Made by a program: the position numbers and the translations under genes. A stretch of DNA of 64,000 bases from an uncultured Planctomycetaceae bacterium (GTDB lineage Bacteria > Planctomycetota > Planctomycetia > Planctomycetales > Planctomycetaceae), in assembly GCA_963813715.1 (NCBI GenBank), contig CAWFAK010000012.1:192001-256000 (forward strand), written 5' to 3'. The notes beneath the pieces are model-generated. The model was not told the origin of the DNA. It did no database searches and saw nothing but the letters and a program-made list of their open reading frames with translations. The number at the start of each line of letters is the position of its first letter. Positions within the stretch are counted from its first letter, which is position 1. Below are positions 1 to 11,690 of the stretch, in pieces.

Positions 1-697
1 CTTACATGTACTATTCCGCCCGCTGGTGGGAGACCGGCCAACCGCAGCACCCTCCCTTCGCCCCTTATGGACTCCTTTACCCGAGGACTGATGTCGAATG
101 CGGAAACGCCGAATTTCGCCTTCCAGGCGCTCGGCCTTGACGTTTCGAACGGGGCACCCCTGGCCGTTCTTGAAACGGGAGCAATGCCGACTCGTCGATG
201 AGAATGCCGTGATCGACAACGGCCGCTGCACCAAGTTTCACCGAGTGCTCAAGGGCGAGAACCCCGGCGAGGAGACTCTTTGGGTCAGTCCGGTGCGGGG
301 CGACGTAGTCGTCCATTGGACCATTTTCGCGCCTGGCAGCAAGGCCGAGGGCTCGATCAAGTACAAGAAAGATGAACGCTACGGTTGGATTCCCTCGGAA
401 TGGACCTGCGACTACCCGGGACACATGCTCGAAGAGTGCAAGGTCACCGCCTATGGGATCAACGAGAAGATCGACCCCGCCATCTTCTCGCTCGATTTTC
501 CGCCGGGCACGCCTGTCGTAGATTCTCTGGCGTTGAAAAAGCCCATGCAGAACCCACTCGCCTTTGAGGCCATTCGCTATTACGTCGTCCAGCCGGGCGG
601 GTCGAAACGGGCGATTTCGCACGACGAATTCAATCGGCTCGCCCACATCGGGAATCCGTTCAAACCGCAACGACCCGCGAAGCCGCAAGCGAAGTGA
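1..697 (+). CDS. Hypothetical protein, 5'-truncated by the window edge, probable frameshift near 130
   Basis: ORF 98..697 reads as protein (…KYKKDERYGWIPSEWT…INEKIDPAIFSLDFPPGTPVVD); a different open frame runs from base 3 to about 138. Confidence 0.55.
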
Positions 698-924
698 CAG
701 CGCCATCGGGCGGAGACAATGGCCGAACGACTCGTGTCGCGTGACCCGAACCGAGTCGGGCAAATTTCCCGAGTTGTTTACACGCGCATAGAAACGCGGG
801 GTTCGCGAGCCGCGGCTGGCGTGTTAGCTTGGCGGATGCTCTTCCAGAGGCGATCGCTCGGGATCCGTCTGGATCCAGGCCCAGGTCCCCAGGGTGACAC
901 GGACGGCCGTCGCTGCTGGGGAGA

Positions 925-1680
925 GGGATCCCCGGCGGGGATCCTTTTTCGTACCCGGCGGGGTGGGGATCCTTTTTTCACACAGGGCGAGAAACAGATC
1001 CCCCGGCGGCGCGGCGATCCGAGGGACCGTCGAAGTCCGGTCCGTACACTTTGGCGAACAGGGGTCCGGGTCCAGAGTGCTCTGCCAAACGCGACGGGAC
1101 TCGATCGGCCGAGGGACCTTCGCCCGTTACGTGCTCTTGGGGCTAGGTATTTTCACGGGGGGTTGGGTCACAATTTTTTACTCTATAGGCGACCCACGAA
1201 TTTGGTGACCCACCGCCGATCGGGGGCGGGACGGGACACGTTCGATCGAGTCCAATGTCGAAGATCAGATGCTCGCAATCCTGACTTTGGACCTTTGACC
1301 ACGGGACTTTGGACCGACCACGGGACGGGACACGTTGTTTCACCGAGAAATCCCGGGAGATTTTGGCCCCTCGCTCCGGCTCGAGAGGCGGCGAGCGTGG
1401 GGGGAAGATTGGGGCGTCGGGTGGAAAGAGGTTGGCCGGTGGATCGGTGGGTCGGGACACTTTGTTTCACTAGGTAGTTGACCCAGCGAAGTAGCTGACC
1501 TCCCGTCGCCGGTTTGCGAGGCGGACATTGGGACGGGATCGGGACGGGACACGTTGTTCTATCGAGAAAAGTTCGAAGAATGCGGCCGGCGGAAAGAGAT
1601 TGGCCGGTGGGTCGGGACACCGTTTTCAATTAGGAAGTGACTCGCAGAATGGGTGGACCCGGTCTGGGACGGGACCGGGC
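925..1680 (-). repeat. Mosaic intergenic element, copy A (diverged core about 925-1225 plus GGGACGGGACAC motif array)
   Basis: GGGACGGGACAC / GGGTCGGGACAC-type motifs at about 1229, 1322, 1450, 1529-1550, 1608, 1665; blocks are reverse complements of 17551-17730 and 43590-43700; CGGCGGGGTGGGGATCCTTTTTTCACA is shared with 18770-18796 and 43920-43945. Confidence 0.85.
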
Positions 1681-1683
1681 GGC

Positions 1684-4600
1684 CTAGGCGGCGTCGCGGC
1701 CGCGGCGTGACGCCGGCTGCTGGGAGGCGGCGCCGCGGATGGCCCCGTTTTCGTCGACGTCCTCGAAACGGACGGAGAGTCGCTTCGAGACGCCCGATTC
1801 TTCCATCGTCACGCCGTAGAGCAGGTCGGCGGCCGCCATCGAGCGCTTGCTGTGCGTGATCATGATGAATTGCGTCGTCTGCTTGAACTCGCGGAGCACG
1901 GCGGCGAAACGCTCGACGTTGGCCTCGTCGAGGGCCGCGTCGACTTCGTCCAGGATGCAGAACGGGCTGGGCCGACTCTTGAAGATGGCCAGCAGGAGCG
2001 CGACGGCGGTGAGCGTTTTTTCGCCGCCGCTCAACAGCGACAGGCTCCGCAGTTCCTTGCCCGGGGGGCGGGCGACGATCTCGATGCCGCATTCGAGGAT
2101 GTCGTCCGGGTTCTCCAGCACGACGTCCCCTTCGCCGCCGCCGAAGAACTTGCGGAACAGTTCTTGAAAGTGAGCGCGGATGGACTGAAACGATTCGGCA
2201 AACAGCCGCGTGCTCTCGGCATTGATGCGGCGGAGAATCTCCTCGAGCGTCTTCTTGGCCTCGACCAGGTCGGCTAGCTGCTCGCTGAGATGCGTGAAGC
2301 GGTTCTCCATCTCGTCGAGATCGTGAAGGCTCTCCGTATTCACGCTGCCCATCGCCTTGAGCTGACGCCGCAAGCGATTGACCTGAGCCTCGATCTCTTC
2401 GCGGATCTCGGCCAGCTGGGCGTCGGTCAGCGCGGCATCGGAAGTGGACGACGGCGCCTCCGGGATCGCTGACGCGTCACCCGCGGCAGGATCGGCTGCG
2501 GCCGAGCTTTCGGCATGTCCTTCTGTGACAGCCTCGGACTGTTTTTTGGCGGCGAAGTTCGCCAGCGCGGAGATGCCCGATTCGACGATCTCGGACAAGC
2601 GTACCTGGTACTCTTCGTCGATGCGGGCAACGAGCGATTCGCGTTCGCGGCTCAGCTCGCGGGCTTGCAGCTCCAGCTGGTGCAGGCGGTCGCCCGCCCG
2701 GCGACGCTCTTCGCTGAGCGCCGACTCTTCCTTCATCAGCCCGGCGCGTTCCTTCCGCAGCCCGTCTTTCTCGCCGCCCAAGCGAGCCGCGTCGGCTGCC
2801 AGTTCCTGGACCTTGATGCAGCACTCGGCGAGTGCGGCATTCGTATTGAGGATGTGCAACGAGATCCGTCGCCGATCACCCAACACCTGCTGGACACGGC
2901 GGTCGGCTTCTGCCGATTGCTGACGAAACTGCAGCTGTTCTCGCTCGAGACGTTCTTCATCCTGGCGGAGGGCACCGCGACGCTCTTCGTGCTTGGCGAT
3001 CTCCAGCTGCTCGGTATTTTGGCGACGCACGACGACCACCGACCGCGACTCGAGCGTCGCCAGTTCGGTTTCCAGCTCGCCCAGATGCTGCCGCGACGCC
3101 TGGATTTGCCCATCGAGCGCGGCGAACGTCAGAGCCTCCTGTGCCGATTCCTCCTGCGTTTGCTCGAGTTTGCCTTCCTGTTGCTGGGCGGCAACTTCAA
3201 GTGTCTGGTGTTGGGCGTCGAGTCGGGCCAGCTCGCGCTCCCGCTCGGCCAGCTCGCGCTTGCACATGTGGTGATGTTCGGAGGCCGCGTCCAGTCGCAG
3301 CTTGCCGGCGTGCAGTTCGGTGTCCGCCTCGCCGAGCGACGCCAGGATCGATTCGCTGCGTTCTTCGTCTTCCTGGATCTGCCGATCGATGCGGACCAGA
3401 TCCTGCCGCAGCCGGCGGAGTTCGCTCTTTTGAGAGACCAGCGTGATTTCGCCGCGGAGCGCCCCGACCGTAAGCGTGCCGTCGGCTTCGACCAGTTCGC
3501 CCTGCAACGTGACGAAGCGGCAGCCGCGACCTGGACCGGCCGCCAGCGCGAAGGCCGTTTCGACCGTGTCGACAATCCAGGCGTCGGCAAGCAGTTGCTC
3601 GGCGAGCGCAGGCGCTTTGTCCGAAGTTCGCACGAGCGAGTCGGCCCGGCACTCGACGCCCAGCTGCGAGCGCAAGTCGACGCGGGCGGCCGCGTCGGCG
3701 GCCAGACTTTCAAGGAAGCGATGGACGGATCGCCCAGCGGGCCGACGGGCGGCAGCCTCATTGGCCGAGGCTTGGGAGTCGCGCCCGTGAGCGGTGTTCG
3801 CGGAGGGAATAAAACCGACACGGCCGGACAGCGGGACCGACGAACGGCTGAGGTAATCGAGGAACGGCACCAGATCGTCGACGACGACCGCCTCCGAGCG
3901 GCGGCCCAGCGCGATTTCAATCAGGGGCGCCCATTCGAGGTCGACCTCGAACAAGTCGGCCACGCTGCCGATCACCTGGTTCCAGGGCGCGACCTTGGTG
4001 CTGGCCGCGCGGCTGAGGATTTCACGGACGCCGAGCCCAAGCCCTTCTTGCCGGCTCTCGAGATCTTCGAGCACGCTCTTGCGGGCCCGCCAGGCGCTCC
4101 GCTGCTCGCGGCGGTCGGCCAGCGTTTTGTGGAATTGCTCCTGCACGCCGGCGAGCGCCAGCCGATCGCGCTCCAGCCGATCGAGTGCTTCGCGTTCGGC
4201 GGCCGCGGCGTCAGCTGCGGAGGCGACCTGCTCCGCCTGATGAGCCAGTTCGTCGCGGACCTCCTCAATCTGTTTCTCGAGAGCCGCCCGCTGTTGCCGG
4301 TTGCTCGACAACGACACGCGCAGCTCGTCGGCCTGACCGTTCAGGACCGATTGGCGATGCGACGCTTCGGACAGCTCATGATGTTTGTCGTGCAGGCCCT
4401 GCCGCTCGGCTTCGAGAGCTTTGCGCTGAGCGGCCAGTTCGGCGGTGATTTCAGCGGATTCGCGGGCCCGTTCTGCGAGCACGGCCTCCCGAGCGGCGAG
4501 CTCTTCGTCGATCCGGGCGGCTTGATGTCGGGCGTTTTCGAGTCCCTGCGCCGCGTCGCGGCCGCGCGATTCGATCGAGGTCCGCTGCCGCCGCAGCCGC

Positions 4601-5553
4601 ACCAGATCGGCCTCCAGCTCGCGGACGCGCGACGACTGATGTCGCACCGTCGCCTCCTGCCGGGCCGATTCTTCGCGGAGGTCGGCCCGACGCCCGTCGA
4701 CGTCGCGCAGAGTTTCATCGAGCCGGGCAATCTCGCTCTCCACCCTGGCGAGCGACGATTGGATCTCGGCAATCCGACCGTCCCATTCGGCGCCGGTCGA
4801 GTTTTGAGCGGCGAGCTGGGCTTCGACCTCGGCCAGCTTTGCCGACTGCTCGCGATATTGATCGGCCGCCAGACCGAGCCACAGCTCGCGGAGCTGCTCG
4901 GAAATCTGGCGGTACTTGGCCGCCTTCACGGCCTGGTTGCGGATGGCGTTGAGCTGGGCCTCGACCTCGTTGACGATGTCGGTGAGCCGGGCGACGTTCT
5001 GATCGACACGCTCCAGCTTGCGCTCGGCGTCGAGCTTGCGATTCTTGTAGCGGCTGATGCCGGCCGCTTCCTCGAAGACGAGTCGCCGGGCCGAGGCGTT
5101 GGCCTGCAGAATCTGTTCGACGCGTCCCTGCTCGATGATGCAATAGGTGGCCGAGCCGGCCCCCGTTCCCATGAGCAGGTCACGGATGTCCTTAAGGCGG
5201 GCCGGCGACCGATTGATCAGGTATTCGCCCTCGCCGTTGCGCGAGATGCGTCGCCCGATCTGCACCTCGGCTGTCTCCACGGGCAGAAAGCCAGTGGAGT
5301 TGTCGAAGGTGAGCGTGGCTTCGGCGAAGGCGCTCGGCTTGCGGCCCGACGCGCCGTTGAAGATGACGTCGGTCATCTCCTTGCCGCGGAGGCTCTTCGC
5401 GCTTTGGTCGCCGAGGATCCACTTGATCGAGTCGACGACGTTGCTCTTGCCGCTGCCGTTGGGCCCGACGACGCCCGTCGTTCCGGGCGCAAAGTCAAAC
5501 CGGATGCGGTCGGCAAAGCTCTTGAATCCGAAGATTTCGAGAGACTTCAACAT
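1684..5553 (-). CDS. smc: Chromosome segregation protein SMC
   Basis: 1289 aa; N-terminus FGFKSFAD, Walker [10 protein letters not shown], long coiled coils with a hinge, signature LSGGE, Walker [12 protein letters not shown]. Confidence 0.97.
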   Translation of the reverse strand: MLKSLEIFGFKSFADRIRFDFAPGTTGVVGPNGSGKSNVVDSIKWILGDQSAKSLRGKEMTDVIFNGASGRKPSAFAEATLTFDNSTGFLPVETAEVQIGRRISRNGEGEYLINRSPARLKDIRDLLMGTGAGSATYCIIEQGRVEQILQANASARRLVFEEAAGISRYKNRKLDAERKLERVDQNVARLTDIVNEVEAQLNAIRNQAVKAAKYRQISEQLRELWLGLAADQYREQSAKLAEVEAQLAAQNSTGAEWDGRIAEIQSSLARVESEIARLDETLRDVDGRRADLREESARQEATVRHQSSRVRELEADLVRLRRQRTSIESRGRDAAQGLENARHQAARIDEELAAREAVLAERARESAEITAELAAQRKALEAERQGLHDKHHELSEASHRQSVLNGQADELRVSLSSNRQQRAALEKQIEEVRDELAHQAEQVASAADAAAAEREALDRLERDRLALAGVQEQFHKTLADRREQRSAWRARKSVLEDLESRQEGLGLGVREILSRAASTKVAPWNQVIGSVADLFEVDLEWAPLIEIALGRRSEAVVVDDLVPFLDYLSRSSVPLSGRVGFIPSANTAHGRDSQASANEAAARRPAGRSVHRFLESLAADAAARVDLRSQLGVECRADSLVRTSDKAPALAEQLLADAWIVDTVETAFALAAGPGRGCRFVTLQGELVEADGTLTVGALRGEITLVSQKSELRRLRQDLVRIDRQIQEDEERSESILASLGEADTELHAGKLRLDAASEHHHMCKRELAERERELARLDAQHQTLEVAAQQQEGKLEQTQEESAQEALTFAALDGQIQASRQHLGELETELATLESRSVVVVRRQNTEQLEIAKHEERRGALRQDEERLEREQLQFRQQSAEADRRVQQVLGDRRRISLHILNTNAALAECCIKVQELAADAARLGGEKDGLRKERAGLMKEESALSEERRRAGDRLHQLELQARELSRERESLVARIDEEYQVRLSEIVESGISALANFAAKKQSEAVTEGHAESSAAADPAAGDASAIPEAPSSTSDAALTDAQLAEIREEIEAQVNRLRRQLKAMGSVNTESLHDLDEMENRFTHLSEQLADLVEAKKTLEEILRRINAESTRLFAESFQSIRAHFQELFRKFFGGGEGDVVLENPDDILECGIEIVARPPGKELRSLSLLSGGEKTLTAVALLLAIFKSRPSPFCILDEVDAALDEANVERFAAVLREFKQTTQFIMITHSKRSMAAADLLYGVTMEESGVSKRLSVRFEDVDENGAIRGAASQQPASRRGRDAA

Positions 5554-5714
5554 CGGCGGCCATCATCCTGCCCCAAAAGCGGCGCGAAGCCCACCGGCGG
5601 CCGCCCGTGGGCTTTCCTCGTCCCCCGCCGTCCGACGACGCGAACAATTGCGAGCGTCGGCACGGGGAAGATGCAACTCGTTGATCGGGCCCATCGACAA
5701 GCAGCCAATTCCGG

Positions 5715-7850
5715 TCATGGCTCCTTGTTCCCGGAGACATCTGCGCCGCCAAACTTGAAGAGCTGCCAAAAGCTCCAACGGCTGGACGGTGGATCGGTGC
5801 TCTTGGAATCGTCGTCGTCGGTTTCCGCGACGGCCGGCTTGACCGCGCCCGTCTTGGTCGCGGCCGGATTGGTCGCACCGGCGTTGGTCGAAGTCGCGTC
5901 AGTTTGCGAGACTTGTTTGATCGGCTGCGTTCCGTCGGTCGTCGACGCGCTGCCGGAAGCTGCCTTCGGCGTCGCCGGCATGCTACTGCCGAGGTCGGAC
6001 GGGCGGATCGACTTTGACGCCCCATCGGACGACGAGCCGTCATCCTTGTCGTCGTCAGCGGCAGCTTTTTTCTTCTTGGCGTTACGGTCCTCGCCGATGG
6101 CAAACATGTTGGGACCGGTTTCCGGATTGCCAACCAGGTTCTTCGTGCGGAATTTTGCCTTGGCGATGCCCTGCTCGGGCGGCTGGTAACTGCGGCCCGC
6201 ACGGGGCAGGGCATCGATCTCGAGGTGGCCGGCCAGGTTGTCCTGGTGATCGGCTTCGGTCAAAAATTGATTGACGTCGGGAAACGTCGCGCCGAACTCG
6301 GTCAGCGTGCGAATCACGTCTTGCAGACGAGGCGAGATCGTCTTGCGCTGGTCCTCCTTGCCGACCTCGAAGCGGCATACGGTGACACGGTCGGCCCCCG
6401 GCGCGCCCGAGACAATGATGTTGTTGCCAGCCCGGGCGAAGATGGGAGTCTTGATCTCCTGCTCGGCGCCATACAACACGACTTCCGCTTTTTTGCAATT
6501 GGTGATGTGGACCATGGGCGAGCCCTCGGTCTTCAGCGTGTGCAGGCGGAATTGGTTGCCCAGCATCTCGCCGCGGACGAAGGGATCGTTCTTGTCGAGG
6601 GTGGTGAGCGCGCGAAATGCACCGTAACGGGTCTCGGCGCTCTGCACGTTCATCAATTCGCGCAACTTGACGTGCACCTCCGGATCGTCGAGGCAGGCCA
6701 TCGCCGCCAGCGCGAAGATGCGGAACGCGTATTGGTCGCGGGCCGCCTCGAAGAGGGCCTGCAGCCCCGCGGAGTCGCCGAGATAAGCGAGCGCCTCGGC
6801 CGAATAGAATTGAACTTGCGGATCCTTGCTCTTCAGCCCGTTCTTGAGAGTCGGAATTCCCTGATCGCCGATCGCTTCGAGCTTGAGCGCCGCCTGGGCC
6901 GACGTTTCCGGTTCGAGCAGATCCCATTTGAGCGCGCGGATTCGCACCGCTCGAGCAACGTCGGTCTCGCGAAAGGCAATCTTGCGGACGACGTCGACGT
7001 ACCGCGGATAGTTGTCCCGGTATTTGGGCAGAACCTTCAGTACGATCTTCTGATCGGTCTTGGCTTCGGCCAGCGGAATGCGCTGCCCGTGCCGGTCGTA
7101 GTCGAAGAATCGCCGGCCGATCGCATTGGCAATACGGACCGCGTTACGCTCGCTGCGGAACTCGTTGCGGAGGTAGAGTTCGAGTTCGCGGTCTTCCCAC
7201 TTCCAGGTGCCGCCCGCCACGATTCGGCCACGACGCAGCAGGCCAGCCTGGTCGTTCGCGTTCTTATGGGTGCTGCCCACGAGGATCGGCCCCTCGGCGA
7301 TGGCGAACTCGTGGCTGGTATGGTCGACGCCGGCGTTGTCGCGGAGGTGCTCACGCAGGTAGCACGGCATCAGCCGTCCGCCGTTGAGGCTCTTCACTTT
7401 GCTGCCGTCGGGCAGGCGGACTTCGACGTCAAAGTGTTCGTTCTTGCGGATCAGGGCCGGAACGTAACCGGTGACGATCACGACCGTGACGTTGGGCATC
7501 TTGAGAATCTTGTTGGGATTCGGAATGCCGCGGCGCTTGAGGTCTTCGAGCACCACGTGACGCGCTTCCGACGGCGGCGGATCTTCACCCGTGCCGTTGA
7601 GGTCCACGACCAGTCCGGCGCCTTCCAGCTGAATCCACCACCCGCCCGCAACCTGCGTATGCTCGCCGATAAGAGGCACCTTGGCCCGCGCGTCGTATTC
7701 GTCGAGTTCGCCCGTGTCGTCATCGTCCTTGTTTTTGGACGCCTTCTTCTTGGAACCGAATAAACCCGCCGCATGGCCTGCCGGCGGTACGGCCGCCGAA
7801 ACCAATAGAGCCAGCGTGGTGATCCAGACGACAAGCAGAGGGCGCTTCAT
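5715..7850 (-). CDS. Exported FlgI (flagellar P-ring)-like protein with HEAT-like repeats, planctomycete type
   Basis: Signal peptide; QLEGAGLVVDLNGTG, FDVEV…SLNGGRL FlgI-like motifs; helical ALKLEAIG…AEALAYLG repeats; low-complexity tail. Confidence 0.75.
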   Translation of the reverse strand: MKRPLLVVWITTLALLVSAAVPPAGHAAGLFGSKKKASKNKDDDDTGELDEYDARAKVPLIGEHTQVAGGWWIQLEGAGLVVDLNGTGEDPPPSEARHVVLEDLKRRGIPNPNKILKMPNVTVVIVTGYVPALIRKNEHFDVEVRLPDGSKVKSLNGGRLMPCYLREHLRDNAGVDHTSHEFAIAEGPILVGSTHKNANDQAGLLRRGRIVAGGTWKWEDRELELYLRNEFRSERNAVRIANAIGRRFFDYDRHGQRIPLAEAKTDQKIVLKVLPKYRDNYPRYVDVVRKIAFRETDVARAVRIRALKWDLLEPETSAQAALKLEAIGDQGIPTLKNGLKSKDPQVQFYSAEALAYLGDSAGLQALFEAARDQYAFRIFALAAMACLDDPEVHVKLRELMNVQSAETRYGAFRALTTLDKNDPFVRGEMLGNQFRLHTLKTEGSPMVHITNCKKAEVVLYGAEQEIKTPIFARAGNNIIVSGAPGADRVTVCRFEVGKEDQRKTISPRLQDVIRTLTEFGATFPDVNQFLTEADHQDNLAGHLEIDALPRAGRSYQPPEQGIAKAKFRTKNLVGNPETGPNMFAIGEDRNAKKKKAAADDDKDDGSSSDGASKSIRPSDLGSSMPATPKAASGSASTTDGTQPIKQVSQTDATSTNAGATNPAATKTGAVKPAVAETDDDDSKSTDPPSSRWSFWQLFKFGGADVSGNKEP

Positions 7851-8171
7851 GGCGAGGCACTCCTTGGAACGGGATCGCTCGAGTGCAAATCGGCAGGGTG
7901 TCGAGGCGAGAGATTAAATCAGAGCCGCGAACGCGCGTCGGTGCGCGGCGCAACGCAGCGGTTCTGACAAACGGTTGGAGCAGGAAGTGAAATGAAAGGC
8001 AGCGGAATGAAAGGCGGACGGGAAGAGAGGGGAGATTGGAGAGCGGGAGAATACGACCCGCGCCCCGGCGGGTCAAGGCGATTTCAGCAAACGCCGCGCA
8101 GCCGCAATTTCACGGCGTTCGAAGAGGGAATCTGCGCGGGCTGGAAAACTGGGCGGCGCCACCAAGCGTTG

Positions 8172-8632
8172 TCAGCTGCGCAGTTCCAGAATGCACTCGA
8201 TCTCGACGGCGATATTGCCCGGCAGGGAGCCCATGCCGACGGCGCTCGCGCGGCACGGCCGGCCTCGCCAAAGACGTCAACCATCAATTCGCTAAAGCCG
8301 TTGATGACTTGCGGATGCCGCTCGAAATTGGGGACCGCGTTGACCATGCCCAGAACTTTGAGCACGCGGCCGATGCGATCGAGACTGCCCAGTTGAGTGC
8401 GGAGAGTGGCGAGGATGGTCAACCCGACTTGCCGCGCCGCCCGCTTCCCCTGCTCTTCGTTGAGTTCCGCCCCAACCTTGCCGCAGATCATGCTGCCGTC
8501 GGGCAAGAGTGGTCCGTGTCCCGACACGTAGAGGATGTTGCCCGCCTGAACGACGGGATTGTAGACGCCGGCCGGTTTGGGCGGCGGCGGGAGTTCGAGC
8601 TTCAATTCCTGGATTCGTGCGTCGGCGCTCAT
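8172..8632 (-). CDS. RidA/YjgF family protein (one frameshift near 8245)
   Basis: LPPPPKPAGVYNPVVQAGNILYVSGHGP…HPQVINGFSEL…; C-terminus SAVGMGSLPGNIAVEIECILELRS* lies in a shifted frame. Confidence 0.88.
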
Positions 8633-9004
8633 GACAAATCCCTGGGCGAACGAAACGGACCTGAATTCGAGCCGGCGTGGCAAAAGCAGACGGTCGCTGA
8701 GGATACCCGGATCCGCCCGCCAGTCCAATCGAGTCGCGGCGTCCTTTCCGCACCCGGGAGCTGGCCGTTTGCCGCCCGACCGTTTGCCGCACTTCGCCCA
8801 TCTTGTGGACTGAGCTTTCCAGCCCTCTTACAATGACAACTGACGAGGACAACGGCTTCTTGCAGTGATACTGGCTGAGTGGCACCGGCTTTTGAAAGCG
8901 CGGCTAGCACTGCCTTCCGAGGACACCGTCTGTTGAAGACGCTGTCTGTCTGAACGAACCTGTTGAGATCGCGGGCGATCGCCGTCCGCGAAGGTTGAAC
9001 GCGC

Positions 9005-10009
9005 ATGGAAAACTTCGTTTGGACGGCTCCGCTGGCCATTTTCGCCATCTTTGTGGCGATTATGGCGTTGGTTGTGCTGTTCATGTTTGCCCGCTATTTC
9101 AAGTTGTGGTTGCGAGTCTTCGTGTCACGTGCTCGCATCGGGCCGTTTGCGCTCATCGGCATGTCGCTGCGGAAAGTCAATCCGCAAGTCGTGGCTGAAA
9201 CGAAGATCATGGCCGTGCAGGCCGGCCTCGCCGACATCACTACGAACGCGATCGAGGCCCACTACCTGGCCGGCGGCAACATTCGCCGCGTCGTGCAGGC
9301 GCTGATTGCCGCTCATCGGGCCAGTATTGATTTGAACTGGGACACGGCGGCGGCGATCGACCTGGCCGGCCGCAACGTGCTGGAAGCCGTGCAGACCAGC
9401 GTCGATCCGAAAGTGATCGACTGTCCGGATCCGCGTCGGACCGGACGCACCACCCTCGACGGTGTGGCGAAGGACGGCATCCAGCTCAAGGCGCGGGCGC
9501 GCGTCACTGTCCGCACGAACCTCGCGCAGCTCGTCGGCGGCGCGACCGAAGAGACGGTCATCGCCCGCGTCGGCGAAGGCATTGTGTCGGCCATCGGTTC
9601 GTGCGGATCGCATAAGGACGTCCTGGCCAACCCGACGCTCATCGCCAAGGCCGTGCTCGACAAGGGGCTCGATTCGCAGACCGCGTACGAAATCGTCTCC
9701 ATCGACATTGCCGACATTGCCGTCGGCGACAATCTGGGCGCCCGGCTGATGGCCGACCAGGCCGAAGCGGACATGCGGATCGCTCGCGCCAAGGCCGAGG
9801 AGCGACGAGCCAACGCCGTCGCCAAAGAGCAGGAAATGCAGGCGCTCACCAAGGAAAATCAGGCGGCCGTCGTGATGTCCGAGGCCGAGATTCCCAAAGC
9901 CATGGCGGAGGCGTACCGCATGGGCAATTTGCGAGCCCGCATTTCCTCCAATGGAGAACCTCACGACGTGGGCCTGCCCGGCCTGCCCGCCCCCAGCGCG
10001 GAGCGGTGA
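9005..10009 (+). CDS. floA: Flotillin-like protein FloA (UPF0365/YqfA)
   Basis: N-terminal TM helix; [59 protein letters not shown]. Confidence 0.93.
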   Translation: MENFVWTAPLAIFAIFVAIMALVVLFMFARYFKLWLRVFVSRARIGPFALIGMSLRKVNPQVVAETKIMAVQAGLADITTNAIEAHYLAGGNIRRVVQALIAAHRASIDLNWDTAAAIDLAGRNVLEAVQTSVDPKVIDCPDPRRTGRTTLDGVAKDGIQLKARARVTVRTNLAQLVGGATEETVIARVGEGIVSAIGSCGSHKDVLANPTLIAKAVLDKGLDSQTAYEIVSIDIADIAVGDNLGARLMADQAEADMRIARAKAEERRANAVAKEQEMQALTKENQAAVVMSEAEIPKAMAEAYRMGNLRARISSNGEPHDVGLPGLPAPSAER

Positions 10010-10341
10010 GGCCTTTTCCGGTGCTGAAGGGGGGCCGTTCGGCCGCCAAAGGTTTGCTGATTCGCTGCCGATCCTTTTGACATTCGAAACCTCTTGGCAT
10101 TCGAGGTGGCGGGCACGACGCGGCGGACGCGGTTCTGACCGGGCGAACTCCGGCGTTGAGTTCACGCCGTTCGAGTTTGCGGGTTGCACGTGCCGCGACA
10201 AATGCGAGGGCGGATGTTGGGGCAAACTAGGCTGCTTTGCTCTGTCTGCCGGTTGAGAACCCCCACGGCCGGCGTTACGATGAATGTGTGAGAAATGTCT
10301 TCCCGGCAGGGGCGGGTGAAACAGCAGGAGGTTTCGTTCCG

Positions 10342-10551
10342 ATGAGCGAAACTATGAGCGTCGGACTGACCGAAGATCAGCGCGAAATCCTTTTGCGGGG
10401 TCTGCGATTCGTTCGCAGTGCCGTGGCCCTCGAGGTTTACGATTCGACCCCCGAAACCGACATCCAGCGATCGAGCAAGCTACGGGAGATCCGGCAGCTC
10501 GCCGAATACCTGGAGGGCGCGCGGCCGGCCGGTACGACCGCCCGGGTCTAG
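10342..10551 (+). CDS. Small hypothetical protein
   Basis: AGGAGG RBS upstream of ATG 10342; 69 aa, LTEDQREILLRGLRFVRSAVAL. Confidence 0.65.
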   Translation: MSETMSVGLTEDQREILLRGLRFVRSAVALEVYDSTPETDIQRSSKLREIRQLAEYLEGARPAGTTARV

Positions 10552-10634
10552 TCCTCTTCCGTGAGCGCGCCGTCGCATCGTCGAATAGTCCGTAAGAACC
10601 GGCAGGCTGACACCTGCCGCTCGCCGATGCCCTG

Positions 10635-11675
10635 ATGCGTTATCGCCACGTCTCGATCGCGGCCGTCTGCCACGTGTTGCCGCCCGAAATCGTCACGTCG
10701 GCCGAGATCGAAACCCGGCTGCGCCCGGTCTACGAACGGCTCGGACTGCCCGAAGGCCGCCTCGAGCTGATGACGGGCATCCGCGAGCGGCGATTCTTCC
10801 CCCGCGGCACACGACCCGGCCAGGTGAGCGCCCAGGTGGCCACTCGGGCTGTCGAAATGTCCGGCATCCCGCGGGCACTCTTTGGCGGACTGGTGCACGG
10901 ATCGGTCTGTCGCGACCAACTCGAGCCGGCGACGGCCAGCTTCGTACATCATGCGGCCGGACTGCCTCAATCGGCCTTCGTGCTGGACGTGAGCAATGCC
11001 TGTCTGGGGTTGCTCAACGGCATGATCCTGTTGGCCGACATGATCGAGCTCGGGCAAATCCGCGCCGGCGTGGTGGTCGGCACGGAAGACGGTCGCTCCC
11101 TCGTCGAAGGCACGATCGAATCGTTGCTGGCCAACCCCACGCTCACGCGGCAGGACGTGAAGCGTGACTTCGCGTCGCTGACGATCGGTTCGGGGTCGGC
11201 GGCGATTGTGCTCTGCGATCGCAAGCTCGCCAAATACGGACATCGGCTGCTGGGCGGTGCGTTTCGGGCGGAAACCAGCAATCACGAACTGTGCACGGGC
11301 GGAGATAGCGCCCAGCCCGGCGACGCACTGCGGATGCAGACCGACTCGGAAGCTCTGCTGCACGCGGGCGTCGCCCTGGCGGCCAGCACATGGCAGGACG
11401 CCAAGCAGGCTTTGGGCTGGTCCAACGCGGACGTCAACAAGACCTTCACGCACCAGGTCGGCCGAGCGCACCGCAAGCTGCTGTTCGAGCGGCTCGAGCT
11501 CGATCCGAAGATCGACTTTCCGACCGTCGAGTTCCTGGGCAATACCGGGGCCGTCGCGCTACCCACTGCCTGGTCGCTCGGCATCGAACAAGGTCGCATC
11601 ATCGCGGGAGATCGTGTCGCCCTGCTCGGAATAGGCAGCGGGCTCAACGCGCTGATGCTGGGGCTGGAGTGGTGA
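10635..11675 (+). CDS. 3-oxoacyl-ACP synthase III family, OleA-like condensing enzyme
   Basis: LEPATA (Glu), DVSNACLG (Cys), THQVG (His), LGNTG (Asn), LLGIGSGLN. Confidence 0.85.
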   Translation: MRYRHVSIAAVCHVLPPEIVTSAEIETRLRPVYERLGLPEGRLELMTGIRERRFFPRGTRPGQVSAQVATRAVEMSGIPRALFGGLVHGSVCRDQLEPATASFVHHAAGLPQSAFVLDVSNACLGLLNGMILLADMIELGQIRAGVVVGTEDGRSLVEGTIESLLANPTLTRQDVKRDFASLTIGSGSAAIVLCDRKLAKYGHRLLGGAFRAETSNHELCTGGDSAQPGDALRMQTDSEALLHAGVALAASTWQDAKQALGWSNADVNKTFTHQVGRAHRKLLFERLELDPKIDFPTVEFLGNTGAVALPTAWSLGIEQGRIIAGDRVALLGIGSGLNALMLGLEW

Positions 11676-11690
11676 CAGCAGGAGATAGTC

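Noticed and set aside
719..1629. ORFs within the mosaic elements (also 18579-19085 and 43427-44182)
   Set aside because: Frames are not preserved between copies, composition is Arg/Pro/Gly-rich and no domain is recognisable.
2515..6189. 1224 aa plus-strand ORF
   Set aside because: Antisense shadow of smc caused by GC-rich codon usage; no recognisable motifs. The same applies to 6225-7763, 24085-25599 and 48328-50163.
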